Translations under genes and position numbers: made by a program
NCBI GenBank assembly: GCA_043719805.1
Contig: JAYSTI010000001.1
Span: forward strand, 151,770-215,769
From: Candidatus Lloydbacteria bacterium
GTDB taxonomy: Bacteria; Patescibacteriota; Minisyncoccia; Phycocordibacterales; UBA6899
Reading direction: 5' to 3'
DNA: 64,000 nt
Notes under the pieces: model-generated
Seen by the model: only the letters and a program-made list of their open reading frames with translations
Told to the model about the DNA's origin: nothing
Database searches by the model: none
In this document: piece by piece, positions 37,159-45,368 of the stretch
Layout of the letters: each line of letters begins with the position of its first letter
How positions within the stretch are numbered: the stretch's first letter is position 1

Positions 37159-37593
37159 CTAGTCCGATATTTCTCCTTCCAACAACCGCACGAGATGGTA
37201 ACAAGTGGGCCAATCATAACGTTCAAAAAACGCGAGCATCATTTCACATAGGGCGATCTTTTGCTCAAGTTCTGACGAGCGCCTTGCATCAACGGACACA
37301 TCGGTGCATTCTTGGCGCCATCCACGGATGAGCGACGCGAGTTCAGCACCGGCGCGCTCATGGGAGCCATTGAACATGTTGTGGAGTTCGGAAACGACCA
37401 GCCTCTTTGGGAACGCCGCAAGTTCCTCGATAAGCGGAAGGTCTTCGGGCTTGATATTTCTCCTCGTGACGAACTCCAAAAACTTTGGCCGCAGAAGAAC
37501 AGACTCGACCCTTTCAGTCGGCACAATACTCTCTAAGCTTTCATTTTTTTCACCGTGTTCCATTGTTCTATTTTCCCCGTTTTCTATATTCAT
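37159..37593 (-). CDS. hypothetical protein (144 aa)
   Basis: Clean non-overlapping ORF. No motif recognised. Confidence 0.45.
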   Translation of the reverse strand: MNIENGENRTMEHGEKNESLESIVPTERVESVLLRPKFLEFVTRRNIKPEDLPLIEELAAFPKRLVVSELHNMFNGSHERAGAELASLIRGWRQECTDVSVDARRSSELEQKIALCEMMLAFFERYDWPTCYHLVRLLEGEISD

Positions 37594-37653
37594 TCTTTAT
37601 CAGCAAATATGCACTTTCGGTTCCTGGCTCCTTCCCCTCTGTACTTCTTCTCA

Positions 37654-37956
37654 TCAACTTTGACGGATACTTTTTTGTACAAGAGCGAGCTTTTTTCGGA
37701 TTATCTTTTCGGTATCAAAACCCAAAAGGACCGACATTCCGAGCGCGTAAATGAATACATCAGCAAGTTCTTTGGCGATTGCGTCTTTCTTTTCTTTACT
37801 CCCCTTCACCTCTTCGAGAGAGAGATTTTCCCACTGAAATATTTCGAGAAGTTCCGCCCCTTCTATCATGATGGACTTCGCAAGGTCAGCAGTCCGCAGG
37901 TTATGCCAATTACGACTCTTCAGGTGCGTATAAATTTTCTCTTCCAGTGGCTTCAT
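37654..37956 (-). CDS. MazG-like nucleotide pyrophosphohydrolase (small, ~100 aa)
   Basis: LEEKIYTHLKSRNW..TADLAKSIMIEGAELLEIFQW..ELADVFIYAL matches MazG/YpjD-type motifs (E..ELLE...W and EL.DV). Confidence 0.65.
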   Translation of the reverse strand: MKPLEEKIYTHLKSRNWHNLRTADLAKSIMIEGAELLEIFQWENLSLEEVKGSKEKKDAIAKELADVFIYALGMSVLLGFDTEKIIRKKLALVQKSIRQS

Positions 37957-37962
37957 AAATAA

Positions 37963-38232
37963 CTATTCAAGTGAAATAATTTGTAAGCCTTTTTCCCGCA
38001 ATGCATCTTCCCCTCCGCTACCTGCAAAATTCTTTAATTCATCGATGGTAAGCTTTCCCACGTAGGTCACGCGCTTTTCGATACTTCGCCCGGTATACGT
38101 ATTTGTTTCCGGGTCCCACTCTTCAAGCAAGAGCATGTCCCCCTCTTCGATATCAAAATCGTTCACACGTAATTCATATTTTTTCTTTCCTGACACAACC
38201 GCATCAAAATATTTCGGCCAGAGTTTTTTCAT
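37963..38232 (-). CDS. DUF3850/ASCH-like small protein
   Basis: MKKLWPKYFDAVVSGKKKYELRVNDFDIEEGDMLLL resembles the DUF3850 N-terminus (P.YF..V.SG.KT.E.R.NDRD...GD.L.L). Confidence 0.55.
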   Translation of the reverse strand: MKKLWPKYFDAVVSGKKKYELRVNDFDIEEGDMLLLEEWDPETNTYTGRSIEKRVTYVGKLTIDELKNFAGSGGEDALREKGLQIISLE

Positions 38233-38321
38233 TATTGTTGCCATACCATATGTGACTATCAATTAAACCCCCTAAAACATTTCGCTACGAAATGTTCGGG
38301 CGATCATTCGCTTCGAATGAT

Positions 38322-40820
38322 TTAGCCGTGACACTTCTTGAATTTTTTCCCTGAGCCGCAATAGCATGGGTCATTGCGTCCAATGACTTCGCCCTCCGCA
38401 TTTTTAGGACCCGTAGAAACTGTATGTATGTGGGTCTCTCCGGTATTTCCTCCTCCGGCAAGAGTCATCTGTGATTGCACCTTCTTGAGTTCTGCCTCAG
38501 CGGCGATGAATGCATCAACCTGAATACGCGGAATCATTTCGAGGATGTGCATGGCGATAGAGTCTTCCATTTCGCGATAGAGGCGGAGTCCCTCGCGCTT
38601 GTATTCCACCAAGGGGTCGCGCTGTCCGTATGCGCGTAGATTGACCGAGCTTCGTGCGTAGTCCATAAGTTCCAAGTGATCAACCCAGAACATGTCATTT
38701 GTCTGAAGCGCAAGGCGACGCACCACGTCATAAAATGCCTCCTCGCCGATGGCAGCAATCTTTTCTGCTCGCGCTGCTTCAATTCCCTCTCCGAATTCGC
38801 CGGCGTTCTTCACCAGGTCATCAAAATATTCCTGCACCTCGGCGCGGGCACCAAGCAGGAGCTTCCTCCTGCGCGCGTACATCGTCTTCCTATGAATGTT
38901 GATGATGTTGTCGTACTGCAACACGTGCTTACGCGCGTCAAAGTTGAATCCCTCAATCTTTGTCTGCGCATTCTCAAGCGCCCTGGTGATCATCTTCTGC
39001 TCGATAGGCTCGTCCTCTGGAATACCGAAACGTCCCATCATGTTCTTGATGACGTCCGAAGCAAAAATGCGCATGAGAGAATCCTCAAGCGACACGTAGA
39101 ACTGTGTTTCACCGGGGTCACCCTGGCGACCCGAACGCCCGCGGAGCTGATTGTCGATACGACGTGCATCGTGTCGTTCGGTACCAAGTACAAAAAGCCC
39201 GCCAACCGCCTTCACCTCTTCGTATTCTTCATTCGTCGACGGATTTCCGCCCAATTTAATGTCGACTCCACGCCCTGCCATGTTGGTCGCAATCACGACT
39301 GAGCCCTTTCGCCCGGCCTGAGCAATTATCTCTCCTTCGCGTTCATGGTTCTTTGCATTCAAGACCTCGTGTGGCACTCCCTCGCGCGAGAGGAACGAGG
39401 ATAGCAATTCGTTTTTCTCAATAGAGACTGTGCCAATGAGCACCGGCTGATTCTTTGCGTGCACCTCTTTTACGCGACGGGCGATGGCGGTGAATTTACC
39501 CACTTCCGTTTGGAATATTTGATCAAGCTGATCGAGGCGCGCAGAAGGCCGATGCGGTGGTACAGGAATAACATCCAATCCGTAGATCTTCAAAAATTCC
39601 TCTACTGAAGTTAGCGCAGTGCCGGTCATTCCCGAAAGCTTTCCGTAGAGTTTGAAATAATTCTGAAAAGTAATCGACGCCATCGTGCGGGACTCCTGCT
39701 CGACGCGGACTCCTTCTTTTGCTTCTATCGCCTGATGCAATCCCTCTGACCAACGACGCCCTGGCTGAAGTCGCCCGGTAAATTCATCAACGATGACCAC
39801 GCCGTCATTCTGCACAACATATTCACGGTCGCGAATGAAAAGCGCCTTTGCGCGAACTGCAGTTTCGAGGTGATGCACATACTTGATACCCTTCTCGGTA
39901 TAAATGTTATCAATACCCAGCAGTTGCTCCGCCTTATTAATGCCGGCTTCCGTTATTTGCGTCGCCTTCAGTTTCTCGTCTATCGTATAGTCTTCAATCT
40001 CCACCAACTTGGAAGCAATGGTCGCAAATGTGCCGTACAAACTCTCTGAATCCTGCGCAGGCGCTGAAATAATGAGCGGTGTTCGCGCCTCGTCTATTAA
40101 TATAGAGTCAATTTCGTCGACAATTGCATAGTTGTGCTCCCGCTGGCGAAGCTCGGTCGGATTGTATGAAATGTTGTCACGCAAGTAGTCAAATCCGAAT
40201 TCATTGTTCGTACCGTATGTGACGTCCGCCCGATATGCCTCGGGGCGCGTACAGGCGCTGAGGAACTCGAAGAAGACACGGAAAGAGCCAACATCGTCAC
40301 GGTCCTCGTCGCGGGCAACCTGCGTGGGGTCATAAAGATAGGAGGACTCATGATTGATGACTCCGACAGAGAGTCCGAGGAAAGAATATATCTGCCCCAT
40401 CCACACCGCATCGCGACGTGAAAGATAATCATTCACCGTCACTACGTGTACACCCTTACCGGAAAGTGCGTTCAGATAGACCGGCAATGTTGCGACAAGC
40501 GTCTTCCCTTCTCCGGTGCGCATTTCAGGAATACCACCTCGATGAAGAATCATCCCTCCTATGAGCTGGACATCGTAATGCCGCTGACCTAGCGTGCGGA
40601 GTGATGCTTCACGCACGAGTGCAAACGCCTCCGGCAGGAGTGCGTCGAGCGTCTCGCCTTCACCAAGTCTTTTTTTTAATACTGCAGTTCGCTCCGGAAA
40701 TTCTCGGTCGGCAAGAAGCTTTATTTCGGGTTCAAAATCGTTCACTAGAAGCACGAGCGGGGCGAGTTTCTTGAGCTCCTTTTGTGCCTCGCTGGGAAAA
40801 ATATTGTTAAAAAGTTTCAT
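38322..40820 (-). CDS. secA: preprotein translocase ATPase SecA
   Basis: 832 aa. DEAD motor motifs. C-terminal zinc finger CYCGSGKKFKKCHG. Confidence 0.95.
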   Translation of the reverse strand: MKLFNNIFPSEAQKELKKLAPLVLLVNDFEPEIKLLADREFPERTAVLKKRLGEGETLDALLPEAFALVREASLRTLGQRHYDVQLIGGMILHRGGIPEMRTGEGKTLVATLPVYLNALSGKGVHVVTVNDYLSRRDAVWMGQIYSFLGLSVGVINHESSYLYDPTQVARDEDRDDVGSFRVFFEFLSACTRPEAYRADVTYGTNNEFGFDYLRDNISYNPTELRQREHNYAIVDEIDSILIDEARTPLIISAPAQDSESLYGTFATIASKLVEIEDYTIDEKLKATQITEAGINKAEQLLGIDNIYTEKGIKYVHHLETAVRAKALFIRDREYVVQNDGVVIVDEFTGRLQPGRRWSEGLHQAIEAKEGVRVEQESRTMASITFQNYFKLYGKLSGMTGTALTSVEEFLKIYGLDVIPVPPHRPSARLDQLDQIFQTEVGKFTAIARRVKEVHAKNQPVLIGTVSIEKNELLSSFLSREGVPHEVLNAKNHEREGEIIAQAGRKGSVVIATNMAGRGVDIKLGGNPSTNEEYEEVKAVGGLFVLGTERHDARRIDNQLRGRSGRQGDPGETQFYVSLEDSLMRIFASDVIKNMMGRFGIPEDEPIEQKMITRALENAQTKIEGFNFDARKHVLQYDNIINIHRKTMYARRRKLLLGARAEVQEYFDDLVKNAGEFGEGIEAARAEKIAAIGEEAFYDVVRRLALQTNDMFWVDHLELMDYARSSVNLRAYGQRDPLVEYKREGLRLYREMEDSIAMHILEMIPRIQVDAFIAAEAELKKVQSQMTLAGGGNTGETHIHTVSTGPKNAEGEVIGRNDPCYCGSGKKFKKCHG

Positions 40821-41062
40821 ACGGATGGGTCGTTAAAAATAGGTATAGTTCTCTGGGATTATAGCCGGAAATCGCTCCCGATACCCCACTATAGCGCATG
40901 GAGGCAAAAAATGAAAACGCAAAATTTCAAGGCCTATTCTTCATGATTTGCTAGCCCACAGGGAGTAAGAAATGGATTGACGCGTCAGTCTTCACATAAA
41001 TTTCGATGGATAACGAGGCCATAAGGTGGATAGTCTTATTTTTCAAAAAATTTACCTATCCG

Positions 41063-41128
41063 CGAGGCGGCAAGGAAGCGATATTGTTATGGCGTACTCG
41101 GAGTACGGCATAACAATTCGCAACGAAG
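41063..41128. repeat. Family-3 intergenic element, copy A: dyad GCGTACTC-G-GAGTACG within a 13-bp hairpin (GTTATGGCGTACTC / GAGTACGGCATAAC), ~270 nt upstream of secA
   Basis: Shares CGAGGCG.CAA..GGAAG..GGCGTACTCGGAGTACG..CAACGAAG with 55539-55615. Confidence 0.5.
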
Positions 41129-41164
41129 CCAACAATGCAGGCAAGCAAATTTTGAAGAATAGAG

Positions 41165-41204
41165 GAAAACAAAAACTCCCACATGGGGAGCTCTTGTTTT
41201 GTGG
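41165..41204. terminator. bidirectional intrinsic terminator (CTCCC-acatg-GGGAG flanked by A-run and T-run)
   Basis: AACAAAAACTCCCACATGGGGAGCTCTTGTTTTGTGG. Lies directly 3' of the micro-ORF on the minus strand. Confidence 0.5.
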
Positions 41205-41216
41205 AAGAACGGTTAT

Positions 41217-41291
41217 TTATGCCTTCTTCTTCTTCTTCTTCGCTGCAGTCTTCTTTACTGCCTTCTTTGCTGCCTTCTTTTTTGCTGCCAT
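41217..41291 (-). CDS. 24-aa Lys/Ala-rich micro-ORF (MAAKKKAAKKAVKKTAAKKKKKKA)
   Basis: ATG...TAA read from the minus strand of the (GCC/TTC)n low-complexity tract. Own terminator 10 nt downstream. AT-rich putative promoter region upstream. No SD. Confidence 0.3.
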   Translation of the reverse strand: MAAKKKAAKKAVKKTAAKKKKKKA

Positions 41292-41628
41292 AGAGGTGGA
41301 GATTATGATTTATAAAAATGAGTGTTTCGACCGCAAACATCATTTACCGAAGTGAGTGCTCTCGTGAAATAATTTTCATTGCTAGCAACGAACACTCCTA
41401 CTACTATTATCCCTCTTCATTGCATCACACTCAACATGTTTTCAAAGAAAGATGTGGATAACTTTTATTTCATCTCTTATGTAAAAATTATTTTTCATAT
41501 CGATGAAATTAATTTTTCATCGTCACCAGAAAATTTTTGAAATATTGTTGTGGATTTCATATTACATTCACGCTTCAATGGAGTGATGAGAATGCATGCG
41601 TAAATGATATTTCAATTCGCCGTCATCT

Positions 41629-42648
41629 CTACGCAAGCTGAATCACTTCGGGTTCGAGTGTGATACCGCAAGCATCGAGAGACTTTTTTTGAATCATCTG
41701 CACGAATGCCATCACCTCTTCGGCATGAGCGCCGCCATAATTCACCAGCACCAGTGCCTGCGCGTCCCAACATCCGACTTGCCCAAGCTTCACGCCACGC
41801 AAGTGTAGCGCCCTATCTATAATCCATGCCGCAGAGAGTTTGACCAACCCCTCTCCGGCGGGAAAGTACGGGGAATCCGGAAACCGTAGAAGAAACTCCT
41901 CTGCCTTATGCATTGAAACAATGGGATTTTTAAAGAATGAGCCGGCTGTACCGTATTTGGAAAGATCGGGAAATTTTGCGGCACGAATAGCGACGACTGC
42001 GGCGCGAATCTCCAGAAGCGAAGGGGTGGTGGTACTCTTGCCCAAAAAGTATGCGGCGAGATCCTTATAAAGGATGTTCGGTTTTGCAAACTTCTCAAGT
42101 CGGAATGTCACACGGAGAATGATGAGGCCTTTTCCTTCGTGCTTCCAAATACTATCGCGATAACAGAAATGACATTCTGCATTTGTGAGTGTGGCGAGCG
42201 ATGCAGTATTCGGATCATAGACTTCGACCTCCAGTATGGTGTCTTTTGCTTCAGACCCGTAGGCGCCAATGTTCTGCACCGCTGCGCCGCCGACAGTTCC
42301 GGGAATCGCAGAAAGATTTTCGATACCCCATGCGCCGTGTTGAACGGCGAACGCGACGAGGTCATCCCACGAATGCCCTGCTCCTACACTTATGTATGCG
42401 GCATCTCCCTCTTCCCTGATTGCAACATCATCTATTGCTACCCGCATCACGAGCCCCGGATATTCGTCGTCGCCCACCAAGAGATTCGAGCCTCCGCCAA
42501 GCACAAAAAGCGGGAGGTGTTTCTCCTTGGCGAACTCGACGCCTTCTTTTATTTCTACAGTAGAGGTCGCAAGGCAGAAGTAGCGCGCGAGGCCACCGAC
42601 CTTCATTGTCGTCATCGGCGCGAGCTCAATATGTTCAAGGATATTCAT
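41629..42648 (-). CDS. murB: UDP-N-acetylenolpyruvoylglucosamine reductase
   Basis: FAD-binding LFVLGGGSNLLV and overall MurB pattern. Start trimmed to MNILEH. Confidence 0.9.
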   Translation of the reverse strand: MNILEHIELAPMTTMKVGGLARYFCLATSTVEIKEGVEFAKEKHLPLFVLGGGSNLLVGDDEYPGLVMRVAIDDVAIREEGDAAYISVGAGHSWDDLVAFAVQHGAWGIENLSAIPGTVGGAAVQNIGAYGSEAKDTILEVEVYDPNTASLATLTNAECHFCYRDSIWKHEGKGLIILRVTFRLEKFAKPNILYKDLAAYFLGKSTTTPSLLEIRAAVVAIRAAKFPDLSKYGTAGSFFKNPIVSMHKAEEFLLRFPDSPYFPAGEGLVKLSAAWIIDRALHLRGVKLGQVGCWDAQALVLVNYGGAHAEEVMAFVQMIQKKSLDACGITLEPEVIQLA

Positions 42649-42755
42649 GACTCTATTGTACGCGAATGACAAACAAAACAAAAAACAACCGTGCACCTGG
42701 AGTTATTTTCTGTTTTTGATATGGACGAAAGAATACTTAGCTGCAAGATGTTGGT

Positions 42756-43916
42756 TTACATAACCTCAATACTTCTTGGTGCCATAACGGGAATCGCATC
42801 TCTACGATCGAGTACAACGGTTTCACCGTCACACTCACGACCTACGATATGTGTTGCCCACTTATCTACCGGGGAGGATTTTGTGTCTGCCACTTCGGAC
42901 GAAAGTGAAAATACTGCGCAAAGCTCAAACGCTCCCTCGTGGACAAGCCCCTTTTGCCTATCAGAAGTGAGGATGCGATATTCGTAAGGCTCACCGGTTT
43001 CCGGATCATTCTGTTGGCCGGAACAATAGTACATTGAGGAAGCTGAGACATCGGCCATGCTCGTAGGTAATCTCTTGTGATTTGCGCCATACACAGAGAC
43101 GCAATTTGCGAGACTTCTCAAGTCATCGGCGCGTTGTCTGTCCAGTCCACGCATGCGTTCCGTTGCCGGCGAACCACCCGCGACGAAGCCGAGTACAATG
43201 CCAAAAATAACCAGTGTCGCTATCGCAGCGCCGATATATTCGAAAACCCGCCGCGGAATATCATTTTTATATTGAATCTTTTTGCGCTCCAAAACATAAA
43301 ATCCGAAAATGATTCCCGCAATTACCAGTATCGTCAGCGCCTTCAGCACAAAGCGGGCCGAGAGTTCTCCCTGCAAAAAATAAAACACTGCTGCGATGAG
43401 GTCCCCCACGATGGTGACCGCAGTAACAAGGAGGACGAGATACGTGAGCCATTTCGTGAGCTTCGACTCCACCTTCTCTTCATTTTCACGAAATCTGCGG
43501 AACCACAAGCGCACCGTAACAACATAGAGAGGAAAAGCGATGATGAGGGTTGCGAGGGCGTAGTGAATAGCGCCGGAAGAATAATCGAGCGACCCGTATC
43601 CCTGCGTAAGCGGGTCGGGGAAATATTTACCGATTATCTGATAGTAGAGAATGCCGAGCGCAGTGGCGACGGTTCCCAGCAGGATGAACGAAAAGAAATT
43701 GAGCACAACTTCGACGGTTGAGGAAAGTGTCCCCCGCCCGGAATGGGTGCGGTTTTCGGGTGTTGGCACACCGCTTTGTACGAGGCCTGATACAAGTGCC
43801 GCACCAGCCTCCTCCTCCGACCACCCCACCAATAATAGATGCTGCCGCACGAGGTCTGGGCTCACGCCACTTTTCAAACGCTCCGCAACATAACCCGTCA
43901 ATTTTGTTTGTTCCAT
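42756..43916 (-). CDS. membrane protein: cytosolic N-domain, 6 TM, ~130-aa C-terminal extracytoplasmic domain with 4 Cys (DUF5671-like topology)
   Basis: Hydropathy only. The family call is tentative. Confidence 0.45.
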   Translation of the reverse strand: MEQTKLTGYVAERLKSGVSPDLVRQHLLLVGWSEEEAGAALVSGLVQSGVPTPENRTHSGRGTLSSTVEVVLNFFSFILLGTVATALGILYYQIIGKYFPDPLTQGYGSLDYSSGAIHYALATLIIAFPLYVVTVRLWFRRFRENEEKVESKLTKWLTYLVLLVTAVTIVGDLIAAVFYFLQGELSARFVLKALTILVIAGIIFGFYVLERKKIQYKNDIPRRVFEYIGAAIATLVIFGIVLGFVAGGSPATERMRGLDRQRADDLRSLANCVSVYGANHKRLPTSMADVSASSMYYCSGQQNDPETGEPYEYRILTSDRQKGLVHEGAFELCAVFSLSSEVADTKSSPVDKWATHIVGRECDGETVVLDRRDAIPVMAPRSIEVM

Positions 43917-44051
43917 AATGAAGCAATTATACCACCATTCACCACCAAGCAATCCCCCCAATATTTTCCCCACCACCAAGACCCAGTGTTGCAGTTCAAG
44001 CTAGAATGAATCTAAGTCCAGTATTCTTGTATTTCTCATGTTATAATAATA

Positions 44052-44723
44052 TTATAATTTCCTCGGCCTTCCCGGCATCCGTACCGTACTCTCCATCTGA
44101 TGTGCATCGACGAACTTTGTGACCCACTTCTCACGTCCATACGGTGTCCCCCGTTGTACGCTCTGGCGTATTTCCTTGAGGACATCTTCATTGTATGTCG
44201 TATTCACCTCCTTGAAATATTGATGTGGGAGATCGACAGGAAGTTTCGCAAGGAGCTTCTTCTGCTTGGGTGTTCCCTCCAGACAACGGTAGAGACTGGA
44301 GTACTTCCAGTCTTCAGAACGCTGTACGATTTTAGCACGAAGTGGGTTCTGTTCGACATAGCGGATCAGTGTCGTGAGATATTCGCTTTTCTCCACGGGA
44401 AAGGACTTATATGATCCTTGGTATAAATGCCCACCGCCAATGCTTTTAGTGGCGACACGGTGGTGGCGTACGTGGGTTGTGGTGAGCCAGTGCATGAATG
44501 CACTCATGTCCGTGTCGGTGCGCGGATAGAGCACTAAATGCCAGTGATTGGGCATGATGCAGTATGCAAGGATACGCATGTCGAGGAGTTCTTTTGCCTC
44601 TTCAAGGAGTGACTCGAAGTGTCTATATTCCTTGTCGTTCTTGAAGATAGTCGCGCGACCGTTAGCGCGATTAATGACGTGGTAGATAGTGTCACCAATG
44701 GCGATGCGGTGTTGGCGGGGCAT
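44052..44723 (-). CDS. REP-associated tyrosine transposase (RAYT; IS200/IS605-like Y1 HuH transposase), single copy
   Basis: IYHVINRANGR.TIFKNDKEY..F..LL.......MRILAYCIMPNHWHLVLYP (HuH = HWH), and the later Y in ..YVEQNPLRAKIV is the RAYT hallmark. Confidence 0.85.
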   Translation of the reverse strand: MPRQHRIAIGDTIYHVINRANGRATIFKNDKEYRHFESLLEEAKELLDMRILAYCIMPNHWHLVLYPRTDTDMSAFMHWLTTTHVRHHRVATKSIGGGHLYQGSYKSFPVEKSEYLTTLIRYVEQNPLRAKIVQRSEDWKYSSLYRCLEGTPKQKKLLAKLPVDLPHQYFKEVNTTYNEDVLKEIRQSVQRGTPYGREKWVTKFVDAHQMESTVRMPGRPRKL

Positions 44724-44746
44724 GAAACTATATTACACCATGTGAT

Positions 44747-45091
44747 TTAGAAATCAACTGTACTTATCCCCGTTTTCCGTTTTCTCCCGTTTTCGTCCGT
44801 GGTGGAGGCACGGGTGAGGCGATAGAGACCGTCATACTGATAACTGGTGGGTGCGGTTGCGTTGGTGGTATCAGGTACAAACACATACACCAGCGGTACA
44901 TACACAAACAGGGTGGTGCTGTCGTCATAGGGTGAAATGGCAAGTACACCGAGCACAATGTCGTCGGTGTGATGGATATAGACCTCAATGGGGATTGGGT
45001 CAGGTACAGGGACAGGAATCTCTTCTCCGAAAGCAGCAAAAGGAGAAAATATGAGGGAGAGAATTAGGAGTGTGGGGAGGAGCTGGGGCAT
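44747..45091 (-). CDS. small secreted protein whose C-terminus is an orphan RHS/YD-repeat fragment
   Basis: Signal-like MPQLLPTLLILSLIFSPFAAFG. C-terminal TSYQYDGLYRLTRASTTDE closely parallels TTYSYDGLYRLVSASTTEA inside the giant Rhs protein. Confidence 0.4.
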   Translation of the reverse strand: MPQLLPTLLILSLIFSPFAAFGEEIPVPVPDPIPIEVYIHHTDDIVLGVLAISPYDDSTTLFVYVPLVYVFVPDTTNATAPTSYQYDGLYRLTRASTTDENGRKRKTGISTVDF

Positions 45092-45103
45092 GAAATAACT
45101 ACT

Positions 45104-45367
45104 TCATTTTTTTATAAGTCGAAAAGCCCACGGTTCGTCACCTGTTTCTGGTTTTCCCCTGTACTCGAGGATTTTTTCTACGCACTCCCTCCAGTCTGTG
45201 CCATATAGGGCTGGATCAGCGGAGTCACCATCCGCCAATAGTGCTGCCCCCCCTAATATATTTGCTATCTGTTCTTCTTCACGATGTCCGATATCCCACC
45301 ACTTTAAGAGAAATAAATACATAGCCTTATAAGCCTCTTTTTGTGTAAGAGTAATTTCTTCGTTCAT
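45104..45367 (-). CDS. putative immunity protein for the Rhs C-terminal toxin (87 aa, acidic, cytosolic)
   Basis: Starts 1 nt after the Rhs stop on the same strand. Same low GC (~42%) as the toxin CT. This is the classical rhs-CT/immunity arrangement. Confidence 0.5.
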   Translation of the reverse strand: MNEEITLTQKEAYKAMYLFLLKWWDIGHREEEQIANILGGAALLADGDSADPALYGTDWRECVEKILEYRGKPETGDEPWAFRLIKK

Positions 45368-45368
45368 A

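Noticed and set aside
33300-37250. Many overlapping 60-200-aa ORFs on both strands (e.g. 36653..37213, 36007..36432, 35476..35979, 34325..34945)
   Set aside because: Expected stop-codon depletion in a ~60% GC stretch. They overlap the well-supported AAA and coiled-coil genes and have Arg/Pro/Ser-rich junk composition. The same applies to 20937..21743, 13055..13564 and 8653..9261.
41026-41355. Plus ORF 41026..41355 and minus ORF 41056..41343 (poly-F/A and poly-E/K translations)
   Set aside because: Both are long-frame readings of the (GCC/TTC)n low-complexity tract. Only the short minus-strand K/A-rich frame has start, stop and terminator context, and even that is tentative.
44052-44110. GAGTACGG inside the 3' end of the RAYT gene resembling the Family-3 core
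   Set aside because: Only an 8-9-nt match inside coding sequence (…ESTVRMPGRP…). It is too short to distinguish from chance without a genome-wide search.
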